A stretch of DNA of 64,000 nt from Scenedesmus sp. PABB004 (Eukaryota): the NCBI GenBank assembly GCA_014905635.1, contig JABVCE010000004.1:558001-622000 (forward strand), in the 5' to 3' direction. Both the position numbers and the translations under genes were made by a program. The notes under the pieces are model-generated. The model worked only from the letters and a program-made list of their open reading frames with translations. It had not been told where the DNA came from and did not search any database. This document shows, in pieces, positions 1 through 12,000 of this stretch. Position 1 is the stretch's first letter. Every line of letters starts with the position of its first letter.

Positions 1-897
1 CCTCCTCGTCGTCCGACAGCGTGAGCTGGCTCGACGCGTAACCCGCGCTGCCGGCGCTGCTGACCGTGCTCGCGTAGCTGCTCGCGAGGCTGCCCGCGCG
101 CAGCGGCGTGCTGCCGCCGCTGCTGCAGCCGCCGCCGCGCGGCGGCGGCGGCGGCGCCGCGCCGCCGCGCAGGCTGAGCGCCGCGAGCGCGAGCTCGAGC
201 TCGCCCGACGCCTGCGGCTGCGCCAGGCCGTAGGGGCCCGCCAGCTGCAGGTGCGGCGCGTCGTAGGCCCCCGCCGGGCCCAGCTGCCCACCAAACGCGC
301 CGCCGTGCAGGTGCTGGTGCTGGTGCTGCCCCGGCCAGCACTGCTGCTGGCCAAACGCGGCCAGGCGCGCCGCCTCGGGCGCGGCGGCGTGCTGCTGCGG
401 CCACGCGGGCTGCTGCGGCCCGCCCGACGCCGCGAGCACGTAGGCGGCCAGCGCGCTCTCGCTCGCCGCGGCGGCCGCCATCGCCTGCTCGAGCAGCACC
501 TGCTGCACCAGCGACAGCCCGCCGGGCGACAGGGCCGCCGCCGCGGCGAGCTGCTGGGGCGTGGGCAGGCTCAGCGTGGGCAGGCCGGCCGGCTCGAGGC
601 CCAGGCCGGGCGGCGGCGCCTGCGGGCGGCGGGGCGGGCGGGCGGGCGGCGCGCGTGTGAGGGGGGGCCGCCAGCCGCGCGCATCCTCCGCTGCCGCAAA
701 AGAGTGCCGCAGCTGCGGGCGTTCCAGGGCGGCCAGGCCGGCCCCGGAACGCCGCGCGCCAGGGGCCGCGGCGCGGTGTGCGGTGCGCGGAGGGCGGCTG
801 GGCGGCGTCCCATGTTCCGAGGAACGGCGGCCGACCGCGCGGCGCGTCGCACCTGCCCGTGCGAGCCGACGTAGGGCATGAACATTAGCTCCTGCAT
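1..897 (-). CDS. Hypothetical Ala/Gln/Ser-rich protein, 5' portion (continues past window start)
   Basis: ATG at 897 (MQELMFMPYVGSHGQ), GT donor at 852, CAG acceptor at 620. The phase-0 join continues open to base 1 (APPPGLGLEP...LASSYASTVSSAGSAGYASSQLTLSDDEE). No recognisable domain. Confidence 0.55.
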
Positions 898-2096
898 CGC
901 GTCAGCAGGCCTTCAGGACGCGACCGCGGGCGAGGACGCGTGCCTGTGTCGCGGTTGCCCCGAGCGCCGCGTTCTGGCTCCGCGGCGAGCGGTGGGAGGT
1001 CCACGAGCTCCTCCGACGTCGTGGGGATGCGAGGGTGGGCCGCCTGGTCCGCTGGGCCGCCGGCGAGGGCTGGGCGCGGGCAGGGGTCGCTGCACGCGCG
1101 CGGGGTCGCAGGGCTGCTGCGCGAGAGCGTCGATGCAGGAACGGGGCGTTGAGGCTCTGGCGGTCGCGCCGGGCGCGCGGGCAACAGGGGCGGGCGAATT
1201 GGCGACGACGGGGCCGGCGCCGTTCCACGGCGTGGCGCCGTTTGCGTGCCGCCCGATCCCGGGCGCGCGGTGGGAGTGGCGTGGCCGGAGGCGGCGCGCG
1301 GTGGCGGCCTTGGCCGCGCGCTTGGGGGGCGGGTGCGCGGGGCACACACTACACTCCCACGGCGAGGTAGGGAGGGGGTAGGCAGGCCGCGCGCCGGGCC
1401 GCGGCCGCTGCAGCGCACGCGGGGCCGCCGGGGCGGTGCGCAGGGCGGCACGCGGGGCGGCGAGGGGGCGCGCGCGGCGCGGGGCGGCACGGTCCCATCC
1501 CCGCGATGGCGCGACCCCCACCCGTCACGGCTCCCCGGCGGCCCGCGCCGGTCGGCCACGATCCGGACGGAGCAAGCAGTGGTATCACGCCGCCGAGCTC
1601 GCGCGGCGCGCGCTCAGGCAGCCGGCCGCCACGCCGCGGATCGCGACGCGCGCGCGGCGTTCGCGCGGCGCGCACCGGCCGGCCGCGACGTCAGCGCCGC
1701 TCACATGCTCTTGCCGATGCGCCCCCGAGCGTCAGCAGGCTCTGGTAAGATGCCAGCGCGGGCGGCGGCAGCCCGCGGGCGCGCCCTCTGACCGGAGCGG
1801 CGGCGGAGATCGCGGCGCCGTCCGGCCTGGCGCGCGTCGGGGCCGGCCGCGCGGCAGTGCGCATGCGGCGCGTCGGGTCAGGCAGAGCCTCCGCGGCGCA
1901 CCCACGGCCCGGCGCCCGGCGGCGGCCACGTCCTCGAGCCTGCGCTCATGGCAGGGCGCGCCAACCGACGCGGGCGGCGGCTTTGCAAGCGGTTCTGGTG
2001 CGCCGCCGCCGCGGTCGCGACATCCCCGCCAGGTGGTTGGCGGCGTTCGCGCAGAGCCAGAATATCTTGCGATCGCCCACCCACCGCCCGCGCCAA

Positions 2097-5000
2097 ATGG
2101 AGGGCGGCGGCGGAGACAGCAAAGCGGGCGCCGGCCCGCCGGCCGCAGCGCTCTGGTTCCTGCTGGCCGGCGGCCTGGCCCTGCTGGCGCGGCTGCTGCC
2201 GCTGCCCACGCTCTGCGCGGGCGCGGCGTGCGTCGCGGCGGCGCTCTGGCTGGCCGGCGGCAGCGGCGGGCAGCGCTCGGCAGCAGCAGCGCCGGCCGCG
2301 GCGGCGCCGCAGGCGGGCGCGGGCGACGGCGGCGCCAAGGTGCGGCGCATGGGCGCGCGTGCGGGCACGAGCGCGGCGCGCCGGGCCGTGGAGCGCGCGG
2401 GCGGGTTGGTGGCGCGGGGCAGCCGACGGCCGACGGGCCGCGGGCGCGGGGGTGCTCCCCCCACCGTCCAGCGGCTTCCTCAATCTCAGCGTCTCACCAT
2501 AGTCGCAGCCGGCGGCCAGCAGGCGCAGCAGGCGGCGGCAGTCGGCCGCTGCGCGCGCGGCGCCGCTCGTTCGCCGCCCCTGCCGGCGCCGGGGCGCGAC
2601 AGCTGACAGCCGCGTGGCCGTGCAGCAACAGCGGCAGCAGAGCAGCAACCGCGGGCCGCGCCGGCGCCAGCAGCGGCGCCGCTCGGCGCTGACCGCTGAC
2701 CGGCGCCGCCGGCCTGCGCCGCCGGGCGATGTCGTGCCGGGAGGCCTTTTACTGGCTCTGCCTGAACACCCGCCTGGAGGTGCCGCCCGCCCGCCCCAGC
2801 ACACACAGAGCGGCGACCGCCGCTGCCGCGGCGCGCCGCTGACCGCTGACCGCTGACCGCTGCCCGCAGGATGAGGACCTGGGCCTGCCGCCGCCGAGGC
2901 CAGTGGCCGCGCGCAGCGGCGCGGCGTCGCGCAAGTTCAGCGTGAGCGAGGCGGGCCGGGCAGGCCTGGGACCTGCACCGGCGGCGGCCAACGGCGAGCG
3001 CGCTGCAGCAGCGGCGGCGGCGGCAGCGGCGTCCGCGGCGGCGGCGGCCGCAGCGGCGGCGGCGGCCGCCGATGGCGGGCCCAGCGGCCGCAGCAGCGGC
3101 GAGCCCGCACCGCCGCCCGCGCCGGCGCCGGCGGCAGCGCCCGCGCCCGCGCCGGCCGCGGCGGCGGGCGCAGAGCAGCAGGCGCCCGTCGCGCTGACCG
3201 GCAGCGCGGCGATCCTGGCCAAGCTGCGCTCGCAGCGCGCCGGCGGCGCCGGCGCCGCCGACGCGGCGCGCGGCGCGCGCGGCGCGCCGCCGCCGCCGCG
3301 CGCGGTGATCGTGTATGCGAGCCAGACGGGCACGGGGCAGGAGATCGCGCGCGGCATCCACGCCGAGTGCGCGGCGCGGGGCCTGCCCGCGGACGTGTCG
3401 TCGTTCAACGAGCTCGGCTGGGACGCGCTCGCGCCGCCGCGCACGCGGCTCGCCGTCTTTGTCGCCGCAAGCACCGGCGACGGCGACCCGCCCGACGGCG
3501 CGGCGGCGGCGTACGTGGCGATGAAAAAGGCCTGGCCGCCGGGGCGCCTCGCGGGGCTGCGCTTCACCGTGCTCGGCCTCGGCGACTCCAACTACACGCG
3601 CTTCATGCACGTCCCGCGCGCGATCAAGGCCAGGTGCGGCCGCGCGCGCCCGCGCCGCGCCGCGCGCGCCCGCGCCCGCCGGCGCCGGCGCCAGCGCCCG
3701 CCGAGCGCGCGGCCCGCGGCGCCGCCGCCGCCGCCGCCGCTGGCTGGCGCGCAGGCTGTCGGAGCTGGGCGGGGAGTGCTTTTATGCTTGCGCCGAGGCG
3801 GACGAGGTGGACGGGCTGGAGGACACGGTGGACCCCTGGTGCGAGGGGCTCTACCCCGCGCTGGCGACCGCCCTGGCGGAGCTGCAGCGGGAGGCGGACC
3901 CGGAGCAGGAGCAGGCGGAGCGGGAGCGGCGGCCGAGCAGCGCGGCGGGCGCGGCGCCCGCGTCGCGGCAGCCGACGGGCGGGCTGTCGGCGGAGCAGAG
4001 CAGCGCGGCGCTGCTGGGCGCGGTCACGCGCGGTGGCGGCAGCGCGGGCAGCACCGGCGAGCCGCGCGTCGCCGTGGAGCTGTCGGCCGGGTCGGCCGCG
4101 TCGGGCCAGGCCTCGCTGCTGGGCGAAGGTGCGCCTGCGGCGGCATGGGCCTGGGTGGGCCCCAGAGAAGCAGCAGCCGGGGCTGCGCGGGCGGCCGCGC
4201 TGACGGCGCCGCCGCCCGACCCCGCCCGCAGACTCGGCCACCAGCCAGGCGGCCGCCGCAGGAGCAGCGGAGGAGCCGCCAGCAGGCGCGCCGGCGGCAG
4301 CGCCCGCGGCGGCGGCGCCGCGCTCGGCGCGGCCGACAGCCTCCTCGCGCGGCGCGGCGTCGCCGCCGCCGGTGGCGCTGGTCAACGGCCTCGCGCCGGA
4401 GGGCGTCGACCTCGCCGGCGCGCCGGCGCTGGCGCCGTGCCGCATCGCGCTGCGGCCGCTGGCCGGCGCGGAGGCGGACGCGGCGCGCGCCAAGGACGCG
4501 GCGCCCAGCGACGAGCAGACGGCCCACCGAGACCCGGCGGGGCTCTACAGCGCGGCGGAGCCCTTCTGGGCGACGCTCTCCAACGCCAGGTGCGCGGCGC
4601 GCCGGCTCGCGGCGGCGGCGGCGGCAGCCCGAGCTAGCAGCCGCGGCAGCGCCCGCCTGAGCCCCCTCGCTCCGCCGCCGCAGGCTGCTCACAGCGGAGT
4701 GGTCTGACCGCACCGTGCTGCACCTGGAGTTTGACGTCACCGGCAGCGGCATGCGCCCCGCGCCGGGCGACGCGGTCGGCGTGTTGCCGGCTAACAGCGG
4801 CCCGCTGGTCGCCGGCCTGCTCGCGCGGCTGGGCGCCGACGGCGACGCCGTGTACGACGTGGCGCCCGCCTCGGGTGCGCGCTGTCGGGTGCCACGCGCC
4901 GCAATGCAGCGCCGCTCGCGCCCGGCGGCCGGGCCGCCTGGGCGCCGCAGGCGCGCGCGCGCGCCTCCTCCGCGCCGCCGCCGTGCTCACACCGCCGCGC

Positions 5001-6286
5001 CGCCGCGCCGCCGCGCAGGCGAGGCCGCGGGGCAGGCCCTGCTGTCGCACATCCCCTGGCCCTGCAGCCTGCGCACCGCGCTCACGCGCTGCGTTGACCT
5101 CACGGGCGTGCCGCGCAAGTCGCTGCTGCGCCTGCTCGCGGAGCACTGCGCCGACGCCGACGAGCGCCGCACGCTGCTCTACCTCGCCAGCCGCGCGGGG
5201 CGCGCCGCGTACGCCGACGAGATCACCGCCGGCCAGCCCTCGCTGCTCGACCTGCTGCGCCGCTTCCCGAGCGCCGCGCCGCCGCTCGACGCGCTGCTGG
5301 ACGCGCTGCCGCCGCTCGCGCCGCGCATGTACTCGCTGTCCAACGCCCCGGGCGCGGGCGGCGGCGGCGGCGACGGCGCGGTGCGCGTGCAGGTCGCCCT
5401 GAGCGTGGTCGAGCACGCGACGCCGTACGGCACGCGGCAGGGCGTGGCGTCCACCTGGCTCGCGCGGCTCGCGCGGCCGTGGCTCGCGGGCGAGGGCGCG
5501 CAGGGTGAGGCGCGGCGCGGCGCCGCCCCGCGCGGCCGCGGCGCGCCGCCGCCGCACACCCACGACTCGCCCCTCCGCCGCCGTCGCCGCCGCGCGGGCA
5601 CGCGCGCAGGGGCAGCCGGCGCCGCCGTGCGCGTGCCGCTCTTCCTGCGCCGCGCGGTGGACTTCCGGCCGCCCGCGTCCCTCGGCACGGCGCTGGTCAT
5701 GATCGGCCCCGGCACGGGCGTCGCGCCGTTCCGCGGCTTCCTGCAGCAGCGGCGCGCCGACATGCAGGCGCGCGGGGGGCGCCGCGCTGCGCTGCGTCGC
5801 GCCTCACGCCTGGCCGCGCACCTGTGCGCGCCTGCCCGCCCTGCGCGGCCGCCCATTGCGCGCGCGCCGCGCTCCGCCGCGCGTCCTCTCTCTCACCAAC
5901 AGGCGGCGCCCGGCGCGGAGGCGGGCGCGGCGCTGCTCTACTTTGGGTGCCGCCGGCCAGACGAGGACTACTTGTATGAGGCCGACTGGGCCGCGCTGCG
6001 CGATGCGGGCGCGCTCAACGAGCTGCGCGTTGCATTCAGCCGCGCGCAGGCGGACAAGGTGTACGTGCAGCACCTGCTGCGCGACGACGCGCGCGCGCTC
6101 GCGCGCCTGCTCGCGGGCGGCGCGCACGTGTACGTCTGCGGCGACGGCGGCGCGATGGCGCGCGACGTGCACGCCGCGCTCGCGGCCGTGCTGCGCGACC
6201 AGCTCGGCATGACCGAGGCGGAGGCGGGCGCGGAGCTGGCGGCCATGGCCAAGGCGGGGCGCTACGTGCGCGACATCTGGTCCTGA
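2097..6286 (+). CDS. MTRR: Methionine synthase reductase-like diflavin (FMN/FAD/NADPH) reductase, multi-exon
   Basis: Flavodoxin motifs YASQTGTGQEIA, STGDGDPPD, LGLGDSNYTRF, ADEVDGLEDTVDPW. FAD-binding LAPRMYSLSN, GVASTWL. NADPH domain MIGPGTGVAPFRGF, LYFGCR, AFSR, KVYVQH, YVCGDG. C-terminus YVRDIWS*. Intron 2340-2869 joins an N-terminal hydrophobic exon. Confidence 0.8.
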
Positions 6287-6396
6287 GCGCGGCGCCGGGC
6301 GTGGCGCTGGCGGCCCGCGTTCCCTGCACAAGCGCTGCTGTCGGCTGGCGCGAGTGAAAACAAGAGCGGCGTATCGTCCCGGCGTGCCGTTCTGAC

Positions 6397-6401
6397 TTAC
6401 A
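6397..6401 (-). terminator. Putative TGTAA polyadenylation signal of DCC1
   Basis: TTACA on + strand (TGTAA on -), about 100 nt after the DCC1 stop. TGTAA is the known chlorophyte poly(A) signal. Confidence 0.55.
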
Positions 6402-6497
6402 GCCGCTGCTCAGCCCGGCCGGCGCGCGACCGTTCAGCGGCTGCAGCGCAGCACCAGCCGCCGCCGCCGCGCTGTGCGCACGCGAGAGAGGCTGGCG

Positions 6498-8911
6498 TCA
6501 CCGCGCCACGAAGAGCGGCGTCGGGTCGGTGGGGCTGCGCTGGCTCGCGCGTGCGTGCTTCAGCAGCAGCATCTCAACCGTCTGCCCCGGCACCTGCGCC
6601 GCAGCGCCGGCGCGGCAGCGGCGGCGGCGGGCGGGTCAGCAGCAGTGCAGCGAGCCACACACCCCGGCAGAGGCCCCTGCTGCCATGGCCAGGCGGCCGT
6701 CGCACGCGCTCCGCGCGCCGCCGCGGGTCGGCCACCAGCGCCGCCCGCGTCCCCGCCGGTGGCACGCGGCCCGCCCGCGCTCTCACCTGCATGCCCGCCA
6801 GGTACGGGTCGAGCTGCTCCCGCGTCCAGCGCGGCTGCGCGGCAAAGAGCGCGGCGAAGCGCGCGCCCGGCGCCGCCGGCAGGCTGCGCGCGGGCAGGCT
6901 GCGCAGGCGCGGCTCCGGGAAGCCTGCGCAGGGCGCGGCACGGCACGCGGCGCGCGGGGACGCGGCGTGGGCGGCTGAGCAGGAGCTGTGGCTGGCGGCA
7001 GCCGCTGCCGGGCGCTGGCAGCGCCGGGCAGCGGCGCGCCGCGCGCCCGCACCTTCGCTCGGCTCCGGCTGCAGCAGCAGCGCCTCGCCGAGCAGCATCT
7101 CCTCCCGCGGCGCCCAGCAGCCCGGCACGGCGGCGCGCCAGGCGGCCATGAACTCCGACTCGGGCCACGCGTCGCGCTGCGACAGCAGCTTGCGCGCGTA
7201 GTGCAGGCACGCGCGGCGCTCGTCGAGGGCGTACGAGGCGCCGCCGGCCTGGGGCGCCGCGCTGCGGTCGCCAAAGACCTCCAGGCAGTGCTGCGTGATG
7301 GCAGGGATGTAGCTGCGGCACGGGGCGGCCCGGGCGCGCGCGGCACGGCGGCGGGTGAGGCGGCGGGTGAGGGGGCGGGAGCCGGCACGCGCGGCGCGCC
7401 CAGGCCAGCCGCCGCCGCCGCCGCCGCACCCGTCGGGCTGCATCGCGGCGACCGCCTCCTCCAGGGGCAGCGCGTCCAGCGGCCAGCCCCGCTCCAGCGC
7501 GCTGCGGCGGCGGCAGGGCGCGCCGCGCCGCGCGTCAGCGCGTTTGCGGCGCCCTGCTGCCCGCCGCTGCGCTGCCGGAGCGTGCAGCAGCGCCTCTGAT
7601 GCCCTCTCCCTGCCTCCCTCCCTGCCTCGCTCACGTCATTGTCAGCATCTCCAGCAGGCCGCCCAGGTAGGCCTCGTCCACCAGCCGCCACACGCCGCCC
7701 AGCTGCACGGCGCCCAGCCGCCGCAGCTCCGCCAGCAGCTCCGCGCGGCTCGCCTGCGCAGGCCGCGCAGACGCGGGCGCCCGGCCGCCGAGTGGGCCGG
7801 TGCGCGGCTGGCCGCGCGCCGGCGGCGTCAGCCGCGCGGTCGGGGCGCGGGCGCCGCCGGTGCGCACCTGCACGCGCTCCAGCAGCTGCTCGGTGGTGTG
7901 GCAGCCGAGCGCGCGCGGCGCGGCGGCGCCGGGGCCGTCTGCGTCCATGGCCTCGCCGCCGGCGCCGGCGCCCGACGCCTCTGCTGCCGCCGCGTCGCCG
8001 CCGTCGTCCTCGTCCTCCAGGGAGTACGGCCGTTCGCCCAGCAGGCGCGGGAGCAGGTCCAGCCGCGGCGCAACCTCCACCAGCTGCGCCGTGGCGGGCG
8101 GGCGCGCGGGCGGGCGGGGGATGCGTCGCGCGGAGCCTGCTGCCGTGCCGCGCCGCGGCCGCACGGCGCGTGCCCACCTCGATGTGCGACGCCGCTGTGG
8201 CCACGGCGGTCAGCGGCGGGTGGTCTGCCGCGGCGGCGTTCTGCAGCGCCGCCAGCGCCGGCGACCGCATGGCGGAGGGGCGGCGGCGCTCAGCTGCGCG
8301 CTTTGCGGCGCGCGCCCCGCGCGCGCGCGCGGCGTGCGCGTCACCTTTTGCAGCTGCGTCTGCAGCCCCACGTCGCGCTGCCCCGCCGCATCTGGCGGCA
8401 GGCTGGGCACGGCGTGGAAGTCAGCGTCCAACTCCTGCGCGCGCGGGCGGCCGGCCGGCGGCAGCTCGCACGCGCCGGGTGCGTGGTCGGCTGCCGCCAC
8501 GCTGCCACAGCGCCGCCACCGGGCGCCTGCCAGCATGCGGCCGCACCGGCTGCGGCGGCAGCAGCAGGAGGCAGTTGGTCGTCTCCACGAGCTTGAGCGC
8601 GTACGTCTTGGCCGCCGTGCACAGCACCGCGTCGCCGCCCGGCTCGCCCTTGATCACGACGCTGCGGCGCAGCAGCGTGCTGGGGGTCATGCGCCCGCGG
8701 CGAGGGCCGCTCCCCGCGGCGTGCTGGCAGGGGCGGGCGCGGCGGGGCATCCGCTGCTGCCGCCGGCGCCCGCGCGCCCGGGGGCGCACCCCTCCTCGCC
8801 GCCGATGGCGCCCAGCAGCTCATCGTCCACCTCGAGCAGCCTCAGGTCCGTGCGCAGCCCCCCCGGCGCGTAGGCGAGCGCCCGGGGCTTGGCTCTGCTC
8901 AGCTGCAGCAT
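6498..8911 (-). CDS. DCC1: Sister chromatid cohesion protein DCC1 (Ctf18-RFC subunit), multi-exon
   Basis: LRLLEVDDELL...VVIKGEPGGDAVLCTAAKTYALKLVETTNCLLL; VQASRAELLAELRRLGAV..GGVWR; RFAALFAAQPRWTREQLDPYL; ends LLLKHARASQ...FVAR*. Confidence 0.88.
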
Positions 8912-9086
8912 CGCGTGCGATTGGGCGGCGCCGCAGGCTGGGCGCGGTGCGTGGCGCGCTGGCGCGCACCGCGGGCGGCGAGCGGCTGCGCGGCGGCGCG
9001 GTGGCGGCGCCGCTTCGGCGCGAGTTCAAATTCCAGGGCTCAAGCGCAGCAGCGATGCCCGCCCGGTGCACCCACGCCACTGATGG

Positions 9087-12000
9087 TCAGAACCGCCCCA
9101 CCACGGCCGCACTCGAGCCGCGGCCGTTGGCGTAGACGCCCACCAGGCACGGCGCGGCCTCAAACACCGCGGGCCGGTGGCTGACCAGCAGGTACTGCGC
9201 CGCCGGCGCGCCGTCGCCGCCGCCCGCGCACGCGTCGGCGACGAACGCGGCGACGCGGCCCGCGGCGGCGCCGTCGAGGGCGCAGTCGACCTCGTCGTAG
9301 ACGTAGAACGGCGAGGGGCACAGCGCCTGGCGCGGCGCGGGTGGGCGCGGGCGGGCGCGGGCCAGGGCGCGGGCACGGGGCGCCGCCGGGCGCGCGCGGG
9401 TGGCTGCGTGCGCACGGGCGGCCCGCCGCACGCGCGCGCCCACGCGCGCGCGCGCGCGTCGCACCTGCAGCGCAAAGCTGAGCGCGAGCGCGGCGAGCGC
9501 CTGCTGCCCGCCGGAGAGCGCGGCGAAGCGCCGCCACGCGCCGCCGTCGGGCTGCGCGTGCAGCGACACGCCCTGCACAAACAGCAGGCTGCGCTCGGGC
9601 GTGTAGGCCAGGGTCGCCGCGCCGCCGCCCGAGAGGCGCCGGTAGGTGCCCTCCAGCGCGCCGTTGAGCCCCTGCGCGCGCGCGGGGCAGGGGCGCGCGT
9701 GGCGCAGCGCGCGCAGCGCGCGCAGCACCAGCCAGCCGCGCGGCAACGCGCCTGCAGCACGCCCAGCAGCTGCGCGTAGCGCCGGTCCAGCAGCGCCTCG
9801 CGCGCCGCGACCGCGGCCTCGCGCGCGGCGCGCGCGCGCTCCAGCGCCGCCAGCGCGGCCGCGAGCGCCTGCAGCGCCGCCAGGTCTCGCTCGACTGCTG
9901 CCTCGTCCACGCCGGCGCGCGCCGCCGCCACCTCGGCGCCGCGCGCCTCGAGCGCGGCCGCGCGCGCCTCCAGCGCGGCGCCGGCGGCGGCCAGCGCGGC
10001 AGGGCCTGCCCGCCCGCCGGCGGCGTCGCGGGCGCGCCGCCCGCCGCCGCCCCGCCTGGCGCGCTTGCCCGGGCGCCTGCCCTCGCCCTCGCTGTCGCCG
10101 CCGCTGTCGCTGTCGCTGTCAGCGCTCTGGCTCTGGCTCGCGTCGGGGCTGCCGCCACCTCCGGCCGCGGCGCCCTGCTGCGGGCCCGGCCCAGCGGGCG
10201 GGCTGCCGGGCCCCCCGCTGTCCACCTCCATGGCCTGCTCGCCGTGCGCCGCCTCACTGCCGGCGTCGGCCTCGCCAGTCGCTGCCAGCTGGCGCTGCAG
10301 CCGCTCCACCGCCGACACGTGGCGCTGCTGCGTGGCCCGCAGCTCCTGCAGCTCCGCGCGCTGGCGCCGCAGCTCGGCCGTGCAGGCGTCGCTCGCGCGC
10401 TGCGCGGCGCCGCGCGCCTTGGCCGCCGCGACAGCCGCCTGCCGCGCGGGCTTGAGCTGCGCGGTGAGCTGGGCGCGCTCCCCGGCCAGCTGCTCCAGCT
10501 CCGCCGTCGCGGCGGCGAGCTGCTCCTCCGTGGCTGCGAGCTTCGCCTGGGTGGTGGCGACGGCGGCGGTGGCGAAGTGAGGCGCGCCTCCGCCTGGGCG
10601 GTGGCGGCGCCAGCGGCGGGGGGCGCGCTGCCCCAGCAGTGGGCTGGGCTGAGCCGCTGCCAGCCCCCCCCCCACCCCACCTGCAGCGCAGCCCGCTCCT
10701 GCTCCTGCTGCTGCCCACGGGCGCCGCGCACGCGAGCCAGCTCCTTGACCAACGCCGCGGCGCGGGCGCACGCGTGCTTCTGCTGCTGCTTGGCGGCGTC
10801 GGCAGCGGCCCAGGCCGCCTCCACCTGCGCCGCCGCGGCCGCGGCCGCGTCGCGTGCCGCCTCCAGGCCGCCGCTGGCTGCCGCACGCGCTCGCTTGCCC
10901 CTGCCCCTGCCGCCGCTCGGCTGCGGCTCCTGCTGCAGCGCCTGCTGCCGCGCCTCCAGCTGCTGCACAGCCGCAGCGGCGGCGGACGCCGCCTCCTCGG
11001 CCGACGCGAGCTTGCGCTCCGCCGCCGCCAGCTGCTGCCGGTCGTCCTGCACGCCGTCGACGCGCGCCGATGCCGCAGCAGCCTGGCCGCGCAGGCGCTG
11101 CACCGCGCGCTCCGCGGCCGCGCGCGCCTGCTGCTGCTGCAGTACGTGCTCCCGCGCGCCCGCCAGGGCCTCGTCCGCTGCGGCAGCTGCTCGTGCGGCG
11201 TCCGATGCCCGGCGCTCCAGCTCGGGCAGCGCGTGCAGCGCGGCGGCGCGCTCCGCCTCGGCCTCGCGCGCGGCCGCGGCGCTGCCGGCGCCGTCGCGCG
11301 GCGCATCGATGGGCGCGGGGCTGCCGACCGGCACGGCGCAGGGTTGCGCGGCAGGGCCGCCGCCGCCGCCGCGCGCTGGGAAGTGCGCCACAATCTCGCC
11401 GTCTGCTTTGAAGACCTCCCCTGCCCGCGTGACCAGGTGGCGACGCAGGTGCAGCAGGCGCCGCGCCGCCGCGCGGTCCTCCACCAGCAGCCAGCCGCCC
11501 AGCAGCTGGCCCAGCAGCGCGTCGAGGCCCGGCACAGGCACGCCCGGCGCGCCGCGCACACAGCCGAGCAGCGCACGCGCGCCCGGCGGCGGCGGCGGCG
11601 CCGGCGCCGGCGCGGCCAGCTCCGACAGCACGCGGCACTGCGCCACGCCGACGCGGTGGGCGCTGAAGTGTTGAATGACCGCGGCTGCGGTGGCACGGTC
11701 GGTGACGAGCAGCGTGCGGCTCAGGTCAACCGTCTCCTGCAGCGCCGCGTTGACGGCGGCGGCGGCGCCAGCGTCACACACCGCCAAGGCGTTGTGCAGG
11801 CGGCCGTGGAAGGTGCCGGGCAGCGCGCCGCCGTCGCTCAAGGCTTTGAGGTGGGCCACGGCGGCGTCGTAGCTGCGTTGGCCGGGCGGGGGCTGGCCGC
11901 CGCGCGTCTTCGCGCCCGCGCCCGCCCGCGCCCGTGCCAGCTGCTCATGCAGCTCCCGCAGCTCTGTGTGCGCGGCGCGCCACTCGCCCTCCACGCCCCC

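Noticed and set aside
900..2090. Additional gene between the first CDS and MTRR
   Set aside because: No coherent exon chain or motif found. More likely UTRs and a divergent promoter, though a small gene cannot be excluded.
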